NCBI RefSeq assembly: GCF_000150275.1
Contig: NW_002061317.1
Location: 1-5,683 of the forward strand
DNA: 5,683 bases
Reading direction: 5' to 3'
From: Trichoplax adhaerens
Taxonomy: Eukaryota; Animalia; Placozoa
Below are positions 1-5,683 of this stretch, one piece after another. The first letter of the stretch is position 1; the number at the start of each line of letters is the position of its first letter. Made by a program: the position numbers and the translations under genes. The notes beneath the pieces are model-generated. The model saw nothing but the letters and a program-made list of their open reading frames with translations, was not told where the DNA came from and ran no database searches.

Positions 1-568
1 TGGATCTATTTTGTTTATTAATCGACTTAAATAGTGCTTAAAGTTTTAAATACTGTAGGTCTTACTTCACTGATTAGTTAACGCTAATTGAAGTTCATAT
101 CTTTTCTATGTAGAATCATCACAGCTATATCTTTACTGCGCCAGTCTTTCATTCAAATCCAATATTTGTCAAACAAAGATTAAATGAATATAAACTATCT
201 TTAATGGTATAGGAATAGAAAGAGTGTCTTGTTGATGGGAATTATCACAATAGTTACTCAATTTAATCACCATGCTCATATTCAGGGCTTGTTACTGTGA
301 TTATGCATTTTGGAACGGGTAAGCAACAAGTGTTGAACGAAGTATTGATAAGTCAAGCAATGAATATGATACAAACGCTGCTTCAAAATGGCCACCAGTG
401 ATGAATTCTGAACGTTTTGGTTATCGTGATTATAGTTAGTACCGATATGCGCGTGCTTATCGCTATATTGTGGCCAACAGTGGCAGTTTAGAGCGATACT
501 GCTATATTGGATTATGAGCATATACCTTTGAGTGCTGCATAAACTACTCGAGAGTTATTAGGATCAGT

Positions 569-593
569 CGCCTCGAGGAAGGCGCATTGCTAG
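569..593 (+). mobile_element. Possible second, weaker Helitron-like 3' terminus
   Basis: CGCCT(569-573)-CGAGGA-AGGCG(580-584) stem-loop, then CATTG, CTAG (590-593) and T594. The 5-nt spacer is shorter than canonical. Confidence 0.2.
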
Positions 594-920
594 TTTCGAT
601 TTACAAATGTAAAGTACTAATAATTAATGAATCTTTCTAGTTTTAAATGCGATCGAGTGTCAGTAGTTAGTATTCGCGAGCAAAGAACCGTAGCTGGAGT
701 ACCTCTAGCAGAACGGCTAGATAGCGAGCCTCTACAGATTGTAACAACCAGAAAATTGCAACTTTGCTCAGGTTTATTGCCGTTATTTCAAATTTTAGCA
801 AAACTATAGATATATTTACTGCACTACGGAAAATAGAATCTATTGGCTAACTAATTAGATTTTGTAATTATTCGAGGCTAAGCAGAAATACATATAGCCT
901 ATACATCTGGTCTTTAGCAT

Positions 921-959
921 GATATAACGAAACGATATAACGATCCGATGTAATATTCC
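921..959 (+). repeat. Degenerate 13-nt tandem repeat, 3 copies
   Basis: GATATAACGAAAC / GATATAACGATCC / GATGTAATATTCC. Confidence 0.55.
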
Positions 960-2235
960 TGAAAGTGTCCATTTTACTGTTAATCTTTAATGCAACTAGG
1001 GTTTTGAATTACATAAGCGCAGTCCATCGAAATATAGAAATAGAATATTTATAGAATGATTCGTTTAGTGAGACCTATCTTAGCATAGTAAAGTCGTAGG
1101 TAAAGTAAATGAATAGGACTGATAATAGGATACTAGATTGATCGATTTGTCGTGCTTCTTCTTCGGTTAGATACTTGAATCATGTTTACATTGATATTCG
1201 TATTGTAGAGACAGACATTTGTTATCATTTATTTATTATTCAACTGCAAGATACTTTGCAATAAATAACGTAATACAACAAGCGGCAATAGTATAATCGC
1301 TGCAATACATGGGAATTAGAACATTCAACATTAATATTGCAAAATTATGGCATTATCTCTTTGTTTTGTTTTAGCGTTAGCGTTATTATATTTTCTGCGA
1401 AGAGTATTACTAAGATACATGTTATGAGTTAGAAATCACTTAGATTATGATTATGTATTAAATATGATATCAACTATGGTTGCAAGAAATCTCATTCGTA
1501 CGGCATAGTGTGGGAGGTTAGAGAGTTATTAATACAGTATAATACAAATATTTTAATTAATTATAAATTATGCACGTTATGTCAATGTAGCATTCACATC
1601 GTGAATATTGCATAATTGTATATCTTCTTATTCTTCAAAGCTATCACTAAATAATAAAGAGCTAGCGATATAACGCCCTTCCTCCAGGTTTTCTATATAA
1701 TACTGATTATCACTCTCCAATCATCATAATAATAGGAATGATACTAGTCAGATTGGGATTACTATGTTATGATAAAGTGATCTTCTTATTAATAATAAAA
1801 CAAACTTCGGTTTCTAGTAAATTCACTTTATTACATAGATTAGTTTCGCCTTACAACTACCAAGAACTTTCTAGCTTCAATAGGACTATATGAATTACAG
1901 TGAAAGCTTGCGGTTTATATACCCTTTGTTACAGAATGAATTTTACGCATCGCTGTGCGACTCTCGTAGTATGCGATCCTTAGACACATTATCATGATTG
2001 GTATAGAATTGACCATAGTACTAAGGACATTGTACCGCACTGTCGATATCTTATAGTACCTGCTAATCTTAACTTGGTATGTCCATCACCGTACATTAGT
2101 TATCATCATGTGCTTTGGACCATTAACTAATCTTAATATAGCATTTCATCCGTGAATGCATTATTGAAAAGTAGTATTCTAGAAGCATAGCTGTGAATAT
2201 AGTAGTGCCTGGCTATTACCGGGATATAAATAATG

Positions 2236-2315
2236 TCGAATGGTAATACTATCTGTTAATTATTAACAAATAAGTACATCTGACAGGTCTATCAAATGGT
2301 AATACTATCTGTTAA
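2236..2315 (+). repeat. 24-nt direct repeat, 2 copies, period 56 nt
   Basis: TCGAATGGTAATACTATCTGTTAA (2236-2259) and TCAAATGGTAATACTATCTGTTAA (2292-2315). They are 23/24 identical with a 21-nt exact core, separated by 32 nt. Confidence 0.9.
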
Positions 2316-2334
2316 ATGAGCACATTATCGTAAA

Positions 2335-2365
2335 CCGTCAGCAAAGCGACGGGAGTTTGCACTAG
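2335..2365 (+). mobile_element. Putative Helitron (rolling-circle transposon) 3' terminus; 5' end not defined
   Basis: CCGTC-AGCAAAGC-GACGG 18-nt GC-rich hairpin (2335-2352), 9-nt spacer GAGTTTGCA, CTAG (2362-2365), then T2366. This matches the canonical hairpin / about 10 nt / CTRR|T layout. Confidence 0.5.
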
Positions 2366-3533
2366 TACAATCTAATATACGAGCACTACTACTCTCGTAC
2401 AGTCTTACAATCACAATCCAAGCTATATTTGGAGCTGCACTGCTGTACATAGTGTAATCCTATTTCCAACAATGCTTTAAACACCAATCATGAACTAGAT
2501 CGCGTAATACATATGCCATTTTTGCGATCTTTTCTTGTGTTAAAACATCTATGTGAAGTAACCTGAAGAGATAGACAAGAACTATTGTTTTGTAACTAAA
2601 CACATGTACTTTATATGTATGCATATTTCATATTGGTCAAATTAGACTAATACATTGTATACCGTAGTACCTAACAAAAATTTAAGCTAACTAACGCATA
2701 TGATTCATATTCTAGTTAGACATCTTCAGTTACTAGTTTATAATATCAATTTTACTGCATCAATAAATTGCATTAGCCATGGTTATAGACATTGATATTA
2801 TGAGTTCTTACTTTATGTACGGTCATTACAATAGTCTGGACGTCAAACTGCTACTTTTATATTATATAGAATAGAGAAAAAATCATCGATCCTTCTATTG
2901 TCTTTAGTTATTTGTTTTAACATCATTCACTTAAATTTACTGCTGTCTCGAAGGAATATAAGGAATAAACGCTGTAATTGGATTATGGATTTAGGATAAT
3001 AAAAGGACATGCTACACAAAGAAAACTGTAGACGTTAGCCTAATGATATGTGTGAAAACTAACTTGAAAGAGGATAAAGCTAAAAGCAAGGACAAAATAG
3101 TCCATTTCTGTACATGTTAATGGAATCAGTTATGAACTTTATCAATTACAAATTTTGGTAAGGTCAAAGTTCACTACAGAATGCTATGAACAACGACAAT
3201 TGTAACCACTACTATGGGTGTATTTTTATTCCATCTAATTATTGAAACTATCAAGTTGCCAATAACCTATCAGAATTTCCTAAATTGTAGAATGAAGCCT
3301 ACTGTAATAGATGAACATTGATTAATTATTAAATTAGAGTAATGTCCTGCCTTACTAGCGGTATTCTAATGATCAAACAATAAATCCTATCTCATTAACT
3401 ATAGCGACCTTCTAGAAAATTTTAAGCTCAGTATGTTTTAAAGCATAAAATATTTCGTTAATACATTGGCCCATTTGTTATTTGTGCCAATGAACTGCAA
3501 ATATCTTAAATACACACAGACTATATCATGCAG

Positions 3534-3894
3534 ATACAAATAGGACGTCCATCAAACAGACTTTCCAGGAAAGATGTTGTAAATACTTGAATAGCAAAAA
3601 TTACAATTATTGAAAGCGTAAAACAGCACGACTACGAGAATTGTTTAGTCACTCGGTGATTCTAGAAATCACCGAACTGCTTCTAATCCATCGCTAATAA
3701 TTATAATTCATTTACAAATACATAGACAAAGCCAGGAACTACTCACAAAAATCCCCCTCTGTGATCCACTTATGTGAATTATTAGTATTTTATATAAGAG
3801 GATAACATAGAGAAAAGAATTCTTAAATAAATCCTGACAGAGCACGTAACTAAAAAATTCGATTTCGACTATCATTGCCAACAAATTAAACACG
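3534..3894 (+). pseudogene. Possible decayed coding exon, family unknown
   Basis: Bounded by CAG (3531-3533) and G|GTAAGA (donor GT at 3895). Protein-like stretches occur in three different frames with internal stops. The call is subjective. Confidence 0.12.
3653..3675. repeat. Near-perfect 23-nt palindrome / hairpin
   Basis: TCGGTGATT-CTAGA-AATCACCGA has 9-bp perfect arms and is one T short of the perfect 24-mer TCGGTGATTTCTAGAAATCACCGA. Confidence 0.85.
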
Positions 3895-4940
3895 GTAAGA
3901 AAATGATTTAGTTCGCCATAAGTACAACATAAGTATTAATCAAAATGATTTATTTGGCTAATTTGAATTAAAGCAGTATATTATACTTCTCGCATAATGT
4001 ACTGCAACTACCTGTATCAGTCTCAATTTAAATCATAAACATTATATTAAAATAATAAAGTATGGCTTTTCTAAGCTCGATTTTCCTTTAGTTACGGACT
4101 ATCCTTGCTATTTGACTAAGTGAATCGTCATTACTTCTACTCTTAAAGTGAACCTTAACGTAATATGTCATTAATATATTTGCCGATATTTAATTAATAA
4201 GTGTTTTTCCCTATAAATTATGTAGCGTACAAAACTACTGTAATTAGCTGAAATCACTGCGCTGTGCTAAGGATTATATTGTACACTAATATATATGTTT
4301 TACTTAATTAACACTAGTCCAATCTACTTCATTCGAAGAAAAAATAAGTCCTCATTAAAATTTAAAACAATTTCATTGCAGTCATTTGCCCTTACCAGTT
4401 ACGAAAATGTCACGTCTCCCTTTTGATACAAAGCCATATTGTTTCGTTTCTATCTACAACTAAGAACTGTAATTGTAAAAGCTTGCATAGCTGCAATCGC
4501 CTACTTTAATTGCTGTTTTTTAACTGAAAAATGCTTAAAACATAATCCACACATTACAAACTAAACTTATATTCGCTTCAATAAATTGGACAGCGAGTAA
4601 TCATACATGTATTAAATATACAGTAACTTGAATCTGAATTTCGGTTTTAAAATTAATTTTTTAGTCACAACTTTTAGTTGATTCTTGGCCGTGATCTCAC
4701 CAGCTCTCAGAATTAGCTAGTATGCCATTATTAAAAGTTATACGACGACTACACATGTACGTGTATTCACTGTCGGTACAAATCGTAGCTAAATCTCAGG
4801 ATTAAAATCACTTAAATAGTTGTTACTGTAGTTGATTTTTGACTATGCCTCACTTATGAAAAAATGTTGACACGCCCTTACAAGAACTTCTGTATTCTCA
4901 CTCAACAAGAATTAAATCTAAAGTTTCTTAAGTTGCAGTT

Positions 4941-4954
4941 ATTTCGATCGAAAT
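4941..4954. repeat. Perfect 14-nt palindrome
   Basis: ATTTCGATCGAAAT equals its own reverse complement. Confidence 0.8.
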
Positions 4955-5078
4955 CTACGATTCTTGATTTTTTCATTTTTTGGTCATCATAGGCCACTGT
5001 AGCTTCTTAACGCCATCAAAAATCTACCGTCATAATTTATTAAAACCATGGAAAGGGCCAGTTTGATAACAGAATAGA

Positions 5079-5354
5079 TCATATTTATTTATTCGTTATG
5101 GCAATGCTAGAGGAAATACTGTAGATTGTTACGGTGCTATTGCTATAGTGCGGCATTTGCGTCAATATGAATTATTCCTTCATCCCCTCCAGTTAATTAA
5201 GCGAAGTAATTCTCAAATGCTCTTGTTCAATTGCTTTATATATAGTATTGAAAGTATTGCTGGCATACTAAATGATCTCATACAGAAATGAACTCAAATT
5301 ATCATCATCTAACCGTTCCTTTATCCTTGTGAATAACGAAAAGAATAGTCTCAT
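5079..5354 (-). pseudogene. Possible interrupted coding relic, family unknown
   Basis: One minus-strand frame reads MRLFFSLFTRIKERLDDDNLSSFLYEII*YASNTFNTIYKAIEQEHLRITSLN*LEGMKE*FILTQMPH..., with TAG/TAA at 5270, 5195, 5174 and 5087. A pyrimidine tract followed by AG lies at 5327-5326. Confidence 0.15.
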
Positions 5355-5683
5355 TAAAAATCATTAGTTTAATTAATAGCAGGTTTATTGGTAGCATCAT
5401 AGAATAATAGAATAATAGGGCTGACAGTATTTAGTAATATGTAATTAATGGCTTTGCTTCTAAATTACAGTAACAACTACTACAATGTGCAAAGACTAAA
5501 TATTAAAATGAGTTGAAGTTGTTGATCAGCAAAAACATGACAAAGCAGTGCCGTACCGTCGCTAATATTTTGTCAAACNCGTGGATGTTATTTTAATGAT
5601 GAAGCGAATTGCCTTCTATCTTTCATAAAACAGCACTCGTTGATAATATCATTATTAATAATAAATCATAATCTATTGTAGAT

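Larger units (their letters stand above)
1..5683. other. AT-rich non-coding region, probably eukaryotic intergenic/intronic DNA
   Basis: Longest ORF in the supplied track is 79 aa and none has a recognisable motif. Spot-counted 60-nt lines range from 22% to 42% GC. CpG and TpA are not obviously depleted. No prokaryote-like gene packing. Confidence 0.7.

Noticed and set aside
282-521. 79-aa minus-strand ORF
   Set aside because: His/Gln/Asn-biased with no motif or clear translation signals; consistent with chance.
627-809. 60-aa plus-strand ORF
   Set aside because: Short, with no recognisable domain.
447-962. 171-aa frame with a signal-peptide-like start (MRVLIAILWPTVAV...) if TAA/TAG are read as Gln
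   Set aside because: All three plus frames lack TGA over about 631-919, so the effect is not frame-specific. At about 2% TGA per codon, several runs this long are expected.
1946-1974. Imperfect hairpin CGCAT...ATGCG as a structured RNA
   Set aside because: Needs bulges and G-U pairs, with no family features.
1914-2230. MITE or Helentron-like element bounded by TTTATATACCC and GGGATATAAA
   Set aside because: The inverted match is short, AT-rich and needs an indel. No target-site duplication.
2236-2315. CRISPR array
   Set aside because: Only two repeats, no palindromic repeat structure, no cas genes, and a eukaryote-like context.
2013-2795. 260-codon TGA-free plus-strand frame under a TAR=Gln code
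   Set aside because: The translation is rich in Cys/His/Ser/Thr/Ile and looks random, and about one such run is expected by chance. The recoding scan covered only part of the window by hand.
3708-3893. 61-aa hydrophobic minus-strand ORF
   Set aside because: The hydrophobicity follows from the T-rich strand composition, and there is no motif.
3900-3951. AAAATGATTTA x2 and CATAAGTA x2
   Set aside because: Short AT-rich matches, plausible by chance or local slippage.
1-5683. Fungal RIP-mutated repeat, or tRNA/SINE content
   Set aside because: CpA/TpG remain abundant, which argues against RIP. No convincing box A/box B pair or cloverleaf was found.

Overview
AT-rich DNA (roughly 30% GC by spot counts, one N at 5579) that looks non-coding. 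I found no credible intact gene, RNA gene, operon or CRISPR array, and the three short ORFs match no family I recognise. Near-zero coding density over 5.7 kb, a few spliceosomal-type GTAAG donor look-alikes and enrichment of the palindrome TACWGTA suggest eukaryotic intergenic or intronic DNA; the taxon cannot be determined. The best structured signal is a Helitron-type 3' terminus (GC hairpin, 9 nt, CTAG|T) at 2335-2365, just downstream of a 24-nt direct repeat. There is also a weaker second hairpin-CTAG|T at 569-593, two palindromes, and two possible decayed coding relics. I cannot support a new biological system from this sequence alone.
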